A stretch of DNA of 64,000 nucleotides from the human T2T-CHM13v2.0 reference genome, Homo sapiens (GCF_009914755.1 NC_060931.1); one strand, 5' to 3'. Counted from the stretch's first letter, positions 26,046 to 43,279 are shown. Notes: generated by a model from the letters alone, not told the origin. Program-made: numbers and translations.

Positions 26046-26786
26046 TTTTTTTTTTCAGTTGCAAGATTTAATAGAGTGAAAACAGAGTTCCCATACAAGA
26101 GGAGGGGACCCAAAGGGGGTTGCCCCTCCCTGCTTGAATGCCTGGGGTTTGTATCCCAATCATTGTCCCTCCCACTGTGCTCTCAGATGATAGATGATTT
26201 GAGTATTTCTTTACCTCCTGTTTTAGCCTAATTGGTATTTTAGTGAGCCCTCTTTACTACCTGATTGGTTGGGTGTGAGCTGAGTTACAAGCCTCGTGTT
26301 TAAAGGTGGGTGCAGTCACCTTCCCCAGCTAGGCTTAGGAATTCTTAGTCAGCCTAGGAAATCCAGCTAGTCCTGCCTCTCAGTTCCCCCTCTCAACAGG
26401 AAAACCCAAGTGCTGTTGGGGAGGTTGGCCGACGACTGCTGTAACTGCTTCCTGCAGAATTGGGGCATAGTAGGGGTTGTGCAGTTGAGATTTCCTTGGG
26501 AGGGGTGCCTTCAATGTCATTAACATCGGAGCATGGGCTAGCAGGCCGGTCCAGGGGTCTGCGGTAGATCTTAGTCATGGACTGCATCTGGGGCTCTATT
26601 TGAAGAACAATTTGTAGTTTTACAGCTTCGATCTGGAAGAGACAAACTTAACAAGGAGGTTAAAGATACAGGGATTGAAATGTCTGGCCTAAAGTGCAGG
26701 GGATTATTTCTTTGGCACACTTCACGGGCCCTGACTATCTACTTCATAGTTTTGAAAAGGCCTGGTCCAGTTAATAATGATTTGGC
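26046..26786 (-). mobile_element. HERV-W (HERV17/LTR17) 5'-truncated processed pseudogene: pol fragment, env C-terminus, U3-R, poly(A)
   Basis: ORF 26393-26587 matches the syncytin-1-like Env tail (MQSMTKIYRRPLDRPASPCSDVNDIEGTPPKEISTAQPLL); polypurine tract then LTR17 U3-R with no U5; ATTAAA and A tail; TSD aggat(a/g)agcctatt at 26032-26045 and 26787-26800. Confidence 0.94.
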
Positions 26787-27026
26787 AGGATGAGCCTATT
26801 TTTCTTTAATAATTTATCTCTATTTAAACTACCAGACATATAAAAAGTCACAGCATGTAAATACAGCCTACTACAGACACCAAAGTCACATATTTTAGCC
26901 AAATAATCCTTGATTTTTTTCCTCTCTCTTTATTGATCTAAAAAATGAAATCAGTGATAAGCCCCAAATAACAAAATCTTATAGGGATTATAGTTATAAT
27001 CTCTATATATTAGTGTTATATATAGT

Positions 27027-27068
27027 GATACTATAACACCTCTCTATATACAGAGGTGTTATAGTATC
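27027..27068. repeat. 42-bp near-perfect palindrome
   Basis: gatactataacacctct-ctatatac-agaggtgttatagtatc (17-bp perfect arms). Confidence 0.92.
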
Positions 27069-27160
27069 CCCCAACACCTCTGTATTTCTTTTTCTTTTTT
27101 TTTTTAATGAAGGATATTTGTTTAAAAAGATAAGAATAAGCACTAAGAAAATAGAAATCT

Positions 27161-27460
27161 GGCTAGGTGCAGTGGCTCACGCCTGTAATCCCAACACTTT
27201 GGGAGGCCAAGGCAGGCAGATCACCTGAGGTCAGGAGTTTGAAACTAGCCTGGCCAACATGGTGAAACCCCGTCTCTACTAAAAATACAAAAATTAGCCA
27301 GGCGTGGTGGCACATGCTTGTAGTTCCAGCTACTCAGGAGGCTGAGGCAGCGGAATCACTTGAACCCGGGAGGTGGAGGTTGCAGTGAGCCAAGATCATG
27401 CCATTGCACGCCAGCCTGGGTGACAGAGCGAGACTCCATCTCAAAAAAAAAAAAAAAAAA
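27161..27460 (+). mobile_element. AluSx-like
   Basis: Full dimer, A tail, TSD gaaaatagaaatct. Confidence 0.96.
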
Positions 27461-27559
27461 GAAGGAAAATAGAAATCTATTGCTTCCATACTGTGAGGTG
27501 GGGGCGGGGGGGGGGGGGGCGATCTGTTAAGAAGCTAAAGAAGAAAAATATGTGGATTT

Positions 27560-27715
27560 CCCAGATATTTTCCATAACCCCCATTAAACACATGCAAAAT
27601 TCTGCGCATGTGTAGGAGAGGGGGCAAATGTGTGTATTTTAGGAAGAAGAGGCTCCATAGTTTATGTGAAATTCTCAAAGGCTTTTTTAACCCCTCAAAA
27701 ATTTAAGAATCACCA
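27560..27715. mobile_element. hAT-Charlie/MER-type DNA transposon relic
   Basis: End resembles the MER terminus: ttctcaaagg...aaaaatttaagaatcac. Confidence 0.35.
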
Positions 27716-28444
27716 AACTATAGATAGCTGTGCAAATTATTGTTTGATTATCAAATGCTAAACAACATTTAATTATTTTAAATTATCCCCTTCAAAATGA
27801 TTAATTAGGGAATAATGATTTAGTTTTTCTTCATGTTATTTATTATTAGTTTTTACTTGTGGTCAGTTGAGGCACCAAGAGATGCAAGGCAGTGGGAGGT
27901 GGGAGGGGAAGTTAGAGGGGTATCCATTAGCTTCTCATAAGTCATGCCAAATAAATAAGTGAAATAAAATGCATTTGTTTGATATGAAAATTCAGCTTGA
28001 AGACAAGTCTGCTTATCTTTCCTTTCTACTAGAACATTCTCCTACGCCCATCTATCTAGGAATTTCTGGAGCTGCCAAAGTAGTAATTAGTGCTAGCAAT
28101 ATTTAAATTTACTTGAATTGCTCCCTAAAACCATAATTGCTTGTTTTTGCCTGTATCTGTCTTTTCACGAACATTTTGAGTTTAGCTCTGTCTTACATTC
28201 CCATCCCTAAAGATCATCAGGACTTTTGTTTTCGTGACAATGCTGGGACCAGATTGGCCTTCATCATCTCATAACACCCTTATTTCCTATGGAAAAGTAA
28301 AATTGAATTATTCCAGATATGATGACTTTAGGATATCCTTTTCCCTCTTGTACATCCTTCATTGTATTTGTGTTTTCCCTTTGGTCTCCAACGTCCCCAC
28401 CACCCCCAATCCCTCCACGACTTTTAAGCCCTTGGAAGCCAACT

Positions 28445-28848
28445 TGATTAGTCAGGTTCTCTAGGGAAATGGAACCAATAGGATATGTTTATTTATTATG
28501 TATTATAAGGAATTGGCTCCTGTGATTATGGAGACTGGCAAGTTCAAAATCTGCAGAGCTGATGTTTCTGTTTGAAGGCCCCCAGGCAGGAGAACTCTTT
28601 ATTACTCTGGGGGTAGGCCAGTCTTTTGTTCTATTCAGGCCTTCACCTAATTGGTAAAGCAAAGTATTCCTAAACGTAGATAACTTCTGGACCACTCACC
28701 TTATGGAGAGCAATTTGCTTTACTCTGTCTACCAATTTAAATGTTAATCTCATCAAATAACACCTACACAGAAACACACAGAGAATGTTTGCACAAATAT
28801 CTGGGCACCCCATGGCCCCGTCAGGTTGGCAAATAAAATAATTCATCA
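28445..28848 (-). mobile_element. MLT2 (ERVL) solo LTR
   Basis: ttagtcaggttctctagggaaatggaaccaatagga...aaatatctgggcaccccatggcc...aattcatcac. Confidence 0.85.
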
Positions 28849-28857
28849 CCCAACACT

Positions 28858-29150
28858 TTCTTTTTGTTTTTTGAGACAGAGTCTTGCTCTGTCACCCAGG
28901 CTGGAGTGCAATGAGGTGTTCTTGGTTCACTGCAACCTCCAGCTCCTGGGTTCAAGTGATTCTTGTGCCTCAGCCTCCCAAGTAGCTGAAATCACAGTTG
29001 TGCACCACCACACCCAGCTGATTTTTTGAATTTTTAGTAGGGACAGGGTTGTGCTATGTTGGCCAGGCTGGTCTTGAACTCCTCAAGTGATCTGCCCGCC
29101 TCAGTTTCCCAAAGTGTTGGGATTACAGGTGTGAGTCACTACACCTGGCC
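28858..29150 (-). mobile_element. AluS
   Basis: Reverse dimer; TSD caacactttc. Confidence 0.94.
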
Positions 29151-29449
29151 CACACAACACTTTCAAAAAATCTGTTTTATTTCCCTTTATAGGCTTTCTT
29201 GTCCCAGATCTATCATTAGAAGAATACTTATTACTGAATGTTTATTAAATAAACACAAAAGAGTTGGGCTAAACCCTGAAACTAGAGCATTTTCCCTGCA
29301 TTTCAGAGTATGTCTTCTACTTTTTCAGTATAAAAACCAAAAGAAGGAGGAAGTGGAGGGCAGGGGTTTTGGTGCAGGGGAGAGGCAGGCCATGAGCTTT
29401 ACAGAGTCACACACTGAAAGTGAGCAGCACCTAGTATCAGTGGAGATTC

Positions 29450-29737
29450 TTTTTATTTTATTTTATAGATAGTCTTGCTCTGTGGCCTAGGCTGGAGTGC
29501 AGTGGCATGCAGCCTTGACCTCCTGGGCTCAAGTGATCCTCCTGTCTCAGGCTCCTGAGCAGCTAGGACTATAGGCACATATCACCACATGTGGTTTTTT
29601 TTTTTTTTTTTAATTTTTTGCAGAGATGGGGTCTGCTATATTGCCTAGGCTGATCTCAAACTCCTGGCCTCAAGCAATCCTCCCACCATGACCTCTAAAA
29701 GTGCTGGGATTACAGGTGTAAGCCACTGTACTTGGCC
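29450..29737 (-). mobile_element. AluJ
   Basis: Reverse dimer with J-type ctcctgggctcaag; TSD gagattct. Confidence 0.92.
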
Positions 29738-30001
29738 CAGCAGAGATTCTTGAAACTTACTCTCTCATGGTGGTTGCACCTCCAAAAAAGACACTACCTA
29801 AGTTACCTACTCTCCCATGGAGCGGGGTTTCTGGCTCAGTAATGCTCTCTCTTCTCTTATAAGCTCCCCTCAGGAAATGTCATGTCAGAATAAAAAGTAC
29901 AGATTTTTACATTCAGTTTTGTAAGAATCCCTTTTCCTTCCTTTGCCTGATTAATTTCTCTTTTCATTCAATTGAAAAAATTTCTCAAGACAGGATTAGA
30001 G

Positions 30002-30328
<327 letters not shown>

Positions 30329-30389
30329 TAGATGAATTATTTTTACAGTACTAGTTGTTCTACTTAGTCAGTCTTCTATGTTTCTTTAA

Positions 30390-30663
<274 letters not shown>

Positions 30664-31166
30664 TTTAATTTTTATTTTATTAATAACAGAAGAGTAGGAT
30701 TGCCTTTATTTTTAGTACTTCTTTCTAAGGGAGGTGGATGTTTATAGTAGTTTGGAATAAGTGAAAGTATTGAGTATAGTTGTGGCTGGTGCTAGGGCCC
30801 ACCCAGTTACAGGGCAGCTGTACAGTTTTCAGAGAAGGGAGATGGTAGACAGGATGAACATCCTCCCCCTCACCCCAAAGTATCTGCCTAAGGGAATTAG
30901 TAAAATTCCCAAAAACACGTCCTTTTTGCAGTGACTTGAAAATTCAGATCCTTGAGGTCATGAAATTCTGGCACACACATTACTGTACTTTTCTGAATGA
31001 CTGCTGTCTTTATAAAACTCCACTTTTCAGGAGAGTTTTGGAGTACAAGTCATTTTAACTAGAATTTGCTGTAGAATTCCATAATGGCAAGGCCACTCCT
31101 CAATTAAATCTATTTATTGACTCAGGTCATACCTCATTCACCTTAGTAGTAAATAAAGTGAATGCT

Positions 31167-31477
<311 letters not shown>

Positions 31478-31481
31478 CCAA

Positions 31482-31495
31482 ATTAATTAATTAAT

Positions 31496-31530
<35 letters not shown>

Positions 31531-31800
31531 TTTGGAGATGGAGTCTCACTCTGTTGCCCAGGCTGGGGTGCAGTGGTGTGATCTTGGCTTACCGCAACCT
31601 CTGCCTCCCAGGTTCAAGCAATTCTCCTGCCTCAGCTGGGACCACAGACACGCGCTACATGCCCGGCTAATTTTTGTATTTTTAGTACAGATGGGGTTTC
31701 GCTATGTTGGCCAGGCTGTTTTCAAACTCCTGACCCTTGATCTGCCTGCCTTGGCTTCCCAAAGGGCTGGGGTTACAGGAGTGAGCCACCGCACCTGACC
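31482..31800 (-). mobile_element. AluS with (ATTT)n tail
   Basis: Reverse dimer directly adjacent to the previous Alu. Confidence 0.92.
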
Positions 31801-32119
31801 CCAGATTTATTTTTGAAGAATTCTTTCATCAATGAGAAACACTGCAACTCATTTTTATAAGTTATTATATTAAGTAAACAGAAGGACATTCACAAGAGCT
31901 AAATATACTGTCTTACTGCCCAAACACAATTATAGAGTAGCTTCTTTTCTGCAAACACAATAATTAATTCAAATTAAGCTCTTGGCGAGTCTTTCCAACT
32001 TGACTCTATCACATGAAATGTTATTTTCATATATTCTAAAGAGGCTCAGATAAGAAAAGAAAGATGAATTATATTTTAGAATGTACTACTTTAAAGCTCT
32101 AAGCCCCTACTGTTAGCAG

Positions 32120-32450
32120 TTCTGTGCACAATTCTTAAATATATAAATCAGTTAATTTTTATAAATGTAGACTCCTATGTAACCACCATACAGATCTGTA
32201 TCTGTTGATCAATATCAATATGGAATATCTCCAGCACTTTAGGAGGCTGTATCAATCGTTAGTTACTCCTACTAGCCGTATATAAAAGTTCCAGTGGCTC
32301 TATATGCTCACAATTGCTTTGTATTGTTATTTTTATTAAACATTCCATTGTGTATTGATAACTAATTATAGTTTTAATTTCCATTTCTCTGATGATTAAT
32401 CTGTTAAGTACTTATTATATGGTTATTGGCCATAATACCAGTTATCTTTT
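32120..32450 (-). mobile_element. Old L1M fragments
   Basis: tgtaaccaccatacagatc; gttttaatttccatttctctgatgattaat; ggttattggccat. Confidence 0.55.
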
Positions 32451-32799
32451 ATAGACATCAGTACTCAAACATTTCTTTTGGCCTTTAGTTTCTTACTATC
32501 TCTTAAGATTGTTGCCATTTATTTACTATTCTTAGGCTAAACCTAGTTTTGCTAAATGTAGAAATCACTTCAAGATTCATCCTCTAATATCCCAGAGTGT
32601 AGGAGTTGAAGTTTCAGAATGGAAAATCTTGTCTTTACGCTTGTGGTCTTTTAATAGGTTTTTTCTTTTTTGAATAGGAGGCTTAGATATAATTAAACTG
32701 CCTATCTTTTGATGCTAATGACAAGCACACACAAAGAAACAATTTACGTTGTTTTGTTTTCTCAATATCAAATTGAGAATTCTGTCAATTAAAAAATTT

Positions 32800-32840
32800 G
32801 TGTATATATATCAATTTAATACATATACATATATATAGTG

Positions 32841-32875
<35 letters not shown>
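32800..32875. repeat. (TA)n/(CA)n microsatellite
   Basis: Seen directly in the sequence. Confidence 0.9.
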
Positions 32876-32910
32876 GTCCATTTAAGCTTTATAAATTTGT
32901 CAATTTATAA

Positions 32911-33504
32911 AGCCTGAAATAGGACAAGTTTTCCTTGCAGTGGTCTTGGTTTTCAGTCACCACACCTTGGAGAATGGAATTTAAAATGTCAGAGAACAGG
33001 GGTTGGTATTAGAGATGTCACATTACTTTTCACTATCATGGTTAAATGCACATTATTAAGATTAGAATGTGTTGCTTTCTGACATAAAGAGTTCCCATAA
33101 CTAAATGTATTGAAGCAGAAACTAATGGCCATTTGCCAGATAACAAGAATGAATTTTTGCATTTAGGTGTAAGAGACGTTTTATTCTAAGTTTCCTTTTA
33201 AACTATAAGGTAATTTAAGCTCACTATACGGGAATTCTTCTTTATGACACAAGAATATCAATTACATGCCTCTTAAAGATACCTTCATGACCATTAGCTC
33301 ACTTGATCTTAACAAGTCTGAAAAATAGGCTGTTAACATTTTTATTCCAATTTTATGGATGAAGAAAATAGAGCCCTAAAATTGTTCCATCTGGCTCGCC
33401 TATAAAGTGGCAGAGCCTGGAATAGGACATCGTTTCCCTGGCACTGGTCTTGGTTTTCAGTCACCACATCTTGGGGCTGGAATTTAAAACCCCAGAGAAC
33501 AGGG
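32911..33504. repeat. Dispersed ~91-bp direct repeat (32911-33001 and 33414-33504)
   Basis: Shared agcctg.aataggaca...tggtcttggttttcagtcaccaca.cttgg...tggaatttaaaa...cagagaacaggg. Confidence 0.9.
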
Positions 33505-34967
33505 ATAGCTTGTTCACAGGTGCGAGAGCTTGCTCACATGCTCTTTGTCATATATGTATATGAAAAACACACACATATATATATATGCATATATTCATTT
33601 GGAGGATTTATATGAGATGAAATATATAGTATGAGATGTGATCATGTGCAGAATATGATGTAAGGTGAAAATTACAAAGTGGTAGCTCCAATAAGGTTTG
33701 AGTTTACATGAGTGTCTCGGGGTTTGAGAGATCCAACTGATGAAGAAATACATACTGTTAAGAGAGAATCAGTGCAAAAGTTGATATTGTTAGGTGAATG
33801 ACAAATTGTGAGCATCCCATTTGTCATGTATTGTGGCGGAGAGTGAGACAGAAGGAGAAGTTTGACTATGTACTTGTAAAATTCTTGGTACACACATTCT
33901 ACATGCCATTTTCCAAAGTTTAGGGAGAATATAAACATTAGCAACAAGTCTTTAAAAGCATAAGAAGAAATAAGGGAAAAGGGAAAAGAATATAACAATT
34001 TATTATTTAGCCATAATATTGTATTTATATAGACTTTTAAATTAGTTATTTGGAATAAAAGATTCCCAAATTTTAAGTATCAGCTTGGTAATGTGGGGAA
34101 ATGTATCGGGCATTATGTTCGATTGTAAATATCAATTTTCTTCAAGAAACTCTTTGTGCTGTCTATCTGTATTGAAAACCAGATGGAAAATCCTGTCCAT
34201 TTTTTATTATTTCCAGTGTGGCTGGTGTTTTATCAGTTGCCAAGTCATGGTCACCTGTGGCTCTGTCTTGGCAGCTATGTGTTTAACAGGCCAGACATTA
34301 TGTTCACAGGAAGGGCCTCCTGAAGCATAACTAAAAAGCAAATAACTCACATGACCCAGGTTCTGATAATAAGGATTTGCTGAATACATAATTTGACGTG
34401 TTTTGCTTTGAGCAGACACACTATCCAGTGCTTTTGTTGGCATCACTGCCAAAGACTTTTGCACACAAACAATTAGTTGCAAGTCGTTTGATTTTCCACA
34501 CAGGAAACCCAGCACAGAACAGCCAGTCCGCTAAAGATATATCTTCTCTTTTCCTATTGTTTTCATTCTGTTAAACTCCAGCCATTAACACATTAATGGA
34601 CCCATAACTGGGGCAGAGGACTCCTCAGGGTGTAACACTCATAGTCCCAAGGCTCTCTCTAAATTTAGTTGAAAGACTTTTCATAATCATCAGAGAGTGG
34701 AAGCAGTAAATAGATAAGGTGCATAATTGGCTTGCTCTTCTAGAAGATTCTAAATGATGGTCCATTTTCATATATTCTTGGTAGTCTGAAATATGTCTTT
34801 CTCCTTTACAATGGTTTCTTCCATATTTCGCATTCTTATGCTGAATGTGGACTGAGTGCTAACACAGATTCTAATTAGCCATTTAATTACAGGCAAGACT
34901 ATTAAGCTGTTGGGCTTCAATCAGCCTCACCTGTAAAATGAATGGGTTGGAGAATTGAAATCCTTTT

Positions 34968-35228
34968 CAGTGGTTCTTAATCTGGTCTTCACACAGATAT
35001 TGACCTAGAGAATTTAAGAACATGCTGATGCCCATGCCCTACTTCTAGAGATTCTGATTTAACGTTCCAGTTTGGTGTATAATCTGGGTAGTACACTACA
35101 ATATAAGACTTCTCTGCACAGTAGAATCACCTAGGGAGTTTTAAAAAACCAATGCCTGATCTGTAGTTTTCCCTAAAGGTTCTCAGGTGATGGATTACAA
35201 AGTGCTACCTAGCTTGAGAGTCACTGCT
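34968..35228. mobile_element. MER5-type DNA transposon relic(s)
   Basis: cagtggttcttaa...agagattctgatttaa...agaatcacctagggag...ttgagagtcactg. Confidence 0.65.
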
Positions 35229-35435
35229 CCCAAATAACATAACCTGTCATTTTACAAAAAAATATAAAGGAGATATGTATTGGTACTACACAGTATATGC
35301 ATATCAGATAGCTCGTACCATTTAGGCTGATTACGTTTTGCAGCCCTGCATACTCTGAGCAAACATAGTCGTTAATCCATTTCCTCAGAAAACATTTATT
35401 GACTACTCACTATATGCTACATTCGTTGCTAAGTA

Positions 35436-35570
35436 TTTATTACTATTATTTGTAGAGATGGGGTCTTGCTGTGTTGTCCAGGCTGGCCTTGAAGTCCTGG
35501 CTTCAAGTGATCCTCTTGCTTCTGCTTCCAAAAGTGCTGGGATTATAGGGGTGAGCAATCACACCCAGCC
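35436..35570 (-). mobile_element. FLAM / Alu left monomer
   Basis: Single reverse monomer with a tatt-rich tail. Confidence 0.85.
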
Positions 35571-35722
35571 TTTACCAAGGACTCATAATCATGTTTACAA
35601 TGTTGCCATGTTCACTAAAGTTTGCTTGAAATGATAAAATAGAAAAATGGGTGTACCTCATATTATGGTCTAAAACTAAAAGTCCATTTCCAGACTAAAA
35701 GTTAATGATTATACCTGATTTA

Positions 35723-39148
<3,426 letters not shown>

Positions 39149-42100
39149 TGGGTAAATAGTAATAGAATGAAGACAGAGGAATTTTGACAGGTGATCTTGA
39201 ATAATAAGATTATCCTTAATAGATTTCTTCGTTAATCACAAGGGAAAAACTCTTAAAATTCATTAGAAACTTCTAAAGGGGGAGGAATTGAACGTTGTTT
39301 TAGACAGCTTTAATTAGATTAGGTGTCTTTGGAATAGCCCTATTGAAAATAATTATGGATGACTTCGCATCAAAGCTAAGTCTTTAAGAACAAAAGATTT
39401 CTGGGAAGCAAAATAGTTTAAGGGATTAGTGATTTGGTTTATAAGAGCTACTTGGACTTAATGAGTTCATATTTTTTTGGTGGTGTTAGTCGGGTCAGTG
39501 GGTTTCATTCCTGAGAAAAATCTGCTGTGAGGCAACAGAGCGATGACAATGAGGGCTTAAATAACACATGAGCTTGTAAAGACTTTAAATGTCACCCAGT
39601 ACAATGTGTTGAAACACGATAACTGGAAGATTCCAAAGGCTAAGACTTTACATAAAGCTTTTAATGTCAGGAAGTAATATATTATAAAATGTCATTATTT
39701 CATTTTACAAATGAGACAAATGCAGAGTAATTTTAATAAAATATTCTTCTCTTCAAAATAACATACATTTCAATATCGTTCATATCCACTAAAAGAGGTT
39801 CAATTTCACTTAATACCCCAATGGGTCTTTAAAAATAACATATACTAATTCTCTCTTTATTTTTTTAATCATGTTCCTAGCTAATAATATTAATAGGAAA
39901 TAACTTATTCTGTAGTAGGAAACTTGTGCCACATGTGAATAAAAGTTTCAGAACTTTAAAAAACTTTTTAAAAATAGAGAATATTCTGTGAATATATAAT
40001 GATTGAAGGTATTATAGGGGTAGAGGTATATTTCTGTAGCCAGTAGGGGGGTGGAGGGGGGTGTAACATACACAGCTCATTAATAAAAGAATTTTTTCAC
40101 CGTGTAATAACACATATAGAAAAACTTTTAAAAATTCATTATATTAACTTGTTAAAATTCATTATTTTAAGTTGTTAAAGTTTCATTTATACATTTGCAA
40201 TATGAACATAATGCAAAGTAATGAAATATTCTGTATAAACACTTTATAGAATTGTTTCCTATTGCATAGGTACTGTTCAAAGAGCGTAAGTGTACCATTT
40301 AAATCTTTACAGGGCTGTTTATACTATATTAATATACATAGAATTGCCTGGTGACAAACTCAACACTTATGATAGTATTGTAGTACTTATAGCTTCTTTC
40401 AGAAATAATGCTAACTCCTCAATCCACAGAGCTCTTCTAGGGTTTACTGTTTTGAATTACTTCAGAGAAATGTCTTCCAAATTGATAAATATTTTAATAT
40501 TCACAGATTCGATTGGTCTTCTGGGCTTTCACTGATACAGATCTCACAACTGGAATTACTCTGGCCCAAACTCACCTTAGTCTAGCTCCACTGCAGAAAC
40601 TTCTTATGGAAAACATGAATGAAGACTGTTAGGTAGAAAGTGTAGCAATTAAAATGTGTTTATTTATTTTATAATGTTTTTTATTAATATCTTTAGAGAG
40701 GTAGTCGAGGCATAGGACAATCTCATCTGAAAAATGAAATAATAAGGTGATCTAGCAGGTCTTGTTGGCATGTTAGCTCCAAGTCTGCTTTCAGGGAATC
40801 TCCAGTACTATGATCTTCTCAACCTCCTCATTCCCTTAAGATTTGATAGTGACATCCTGGACAAGATATCTCTCCATACATTGCTTCAGTTCGGTGGTGA
40901 TAAAGGGCAGCCATTATCTGAAAGAAAAGTGTCTGGAGATATGGACATTCAAATACCTATTACAAAATTTTGTTACAATAGATGTGTGAGATGAAGCAAA
41001 GTTCACAGAAGCCATTTTGAGATGGTCTTATTATGATAAGAACGTTTTTTCCTTAGAGCATTGTACAAAATCAGTATGGGCTTTTGACCAAAATACTCTT
41101 GCCCAGTGGATGTTATAGTCCATTATTATGGCCTTAATAATAATGAGTCATTATATATAGATACTTTCTAGTCTCCTTTTGTAAAGAATCGTTCACTATG
41201 CTGATTAAAAATGACCAAGAAAATGATACCAGTAACTTCTTATTATAAAAAAGACTTTATCCCTTTTGGATACAGTAACATTTTGTTAGTAGACTGACTT
41301 CTTAGGTCAAATGTCTCATTGCCTACTCACTCTACAAACATATTAAGACTCTGTCCACATATATCCTACACTTTTACTTATAATACCATCAATTGAAATA
41401 AGTGCTTCAATAATCTGTTGAGACAATATTTCCATTGTAATGGCATAGTGAAATCTAGCATCCGCATGGGCAGATTATGGTTGAAGCAAAACAACAATAT
41501 TAACATTCCTAGAGGAGGATTGGAAGGGGGGCTGGAAAGGTGAGCTGATTCAATGTCCTCTTTTATGCTCCATAGAAGGTATTAGACTGGGATGGTGATA
41601 TAGGGTACGTAATGGAGACCAATGGGAAATGATGCTTTGCCTCCTCACACAACAAAGAAGAAAAGTGAACCCAAATAATAAAAATTCAGTTTCAAAACCA
41701 TGTGCCATTTATTGCTACTAATAGGGTTTTTAGACCATTTATCTTCTTACATTTTGATATTCTTGAGAGCAGACAGAAGTCTTGAAGCCCATAAACTGAT
41801 ATTTGATGAAACCAATTCACTGAACTCGAGAACTAGTAGAAAAACATACAGACGGAAAAATTACTTAAGGTAGCTCAAAAAGTATTATTTTTGAAGCTGA
41901 TGGTGGAACAAAATAGAATTTCTCCCTAGACTGTTGATTCTGCTTATAGAATTTAACCAGAGAATAGTGACTAATAGTTCTGGTGCTAACTTTCAGTAAT
42001 TTGAGAGATTCCTAAGAGGCAACTTTGTAGAGCATCTTTGTACCTAGATTCAGGGTTTTAAACCTCGATTTGAAAGTGATTAGTTATGAGATTCAATGCA

Positions 42101-42849
42101 AAATTCTAATCTCTCAGGAAGTTGTAGCAGTAAATATTATTATGATACATTTGGATTCCAAAAAAATATAAAGACATAATATGTAACTGGTCATGTTTTA
42201 TCTACATAGAATTTATTCCATGAAGATGATCTTCTGATATCCAGCTCTTTAACATGCATCCAATTGTGGAATGGAGGCTATGCCACTTCTGGAGATGAAG
42301 CTGTACTCCTCTGTTGTTTACCAGCTCTAGTACTGCAAAAAATTATTTAACTAACATTATGTCCTTTAGTCCAAGTGCTGAACTTCTTTTTGGTGAATAT
42401 TCCATTCTAGTTACTAGATAATATTGCGTTGATATCTGCAGAGTGCACAAAACACTGGCCAAAAATTTTCCAATGAAACAACAAAATGGGATCATTCCAT
42501 CTGGGTATCAGGGCCTCTTGAAGGTTGTTAGAGATCTAGGTCTCTTTCATATTCTAAGACTATCAGCTATGACAAAACAAGGTTATAAAAATTGTGAGTT
42601 ATTTTAAATATTATAAATTTGTCAAGATATAAAAGGGTGTAGAAAAATAACTTTAACTTAATTTCTATTTTGAGATCTTGTGTATTTTCGATGGCAGAAA
42701 ACATGGTCTTAATCATTTTTTTATGTTTCAATTATTTCATACACTTGGATGTGCAAAATACAACTTTTACTTTCCTATAGCTCAAATGAAGTCCTATTGC
42801 AAGGCTCTATTGTACATTTTGGCAGAAAATTTAGTCACTTCCCATACAT

Positions 42850-43235
42850 GTTATAGTGGTATCTCACGCCTTGCTTTGGGGAGAGGCATCCGTTCTTTGG
42901 TTCCCAGCCTCTGTCAATATGGGCAGAAGAGATATGTTCAGTTTTCTGTCTTGTTCTTTGGTGTCAGCCACCTTCAAGTTGGCATCTGCTCAGATGTACT
43001 TATTTTTACCTGGGCTTCAGACTACAATCAATTCTATTTTTTTTAAACATTTTTTCTGAATTATGATCATGAGATTTCTTGGAATCCATTGACCTTGTCT
43101 TCTCCATGGCAACACATGAAAGGTTCAGCTAATTACCCTTCTATTTGAGGCCACAGAAGATTCTGGGCTGCCTTGGGCCATCCTTGACCATATTTCTTTT
43201 CACCAATTTCTACACTACCACTTTTACTCCATTAT
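42850..43235 (-). pseudogene. Possible very decayed HMGN-like retrocopy
   Basis: Only patchy colinear similarity to remembered HMGN1 mRNA (tagctgaacct; gatcataattcagaaaaaatg; gaaggtggctgac; aaaactgaa). Confidence 0.2.
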
Positions 43236-43279
43236 GGTATTTGAAACATTTCTTAAGATATCACTTCCCAGGTTTCCAG

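Noticed and set aside
26393-26587. Syncytin-like gene
   Set aside because: Only the Env cytoplasmic tail of a truncated HERV-W retrocopy; no SU or TM ectodomain
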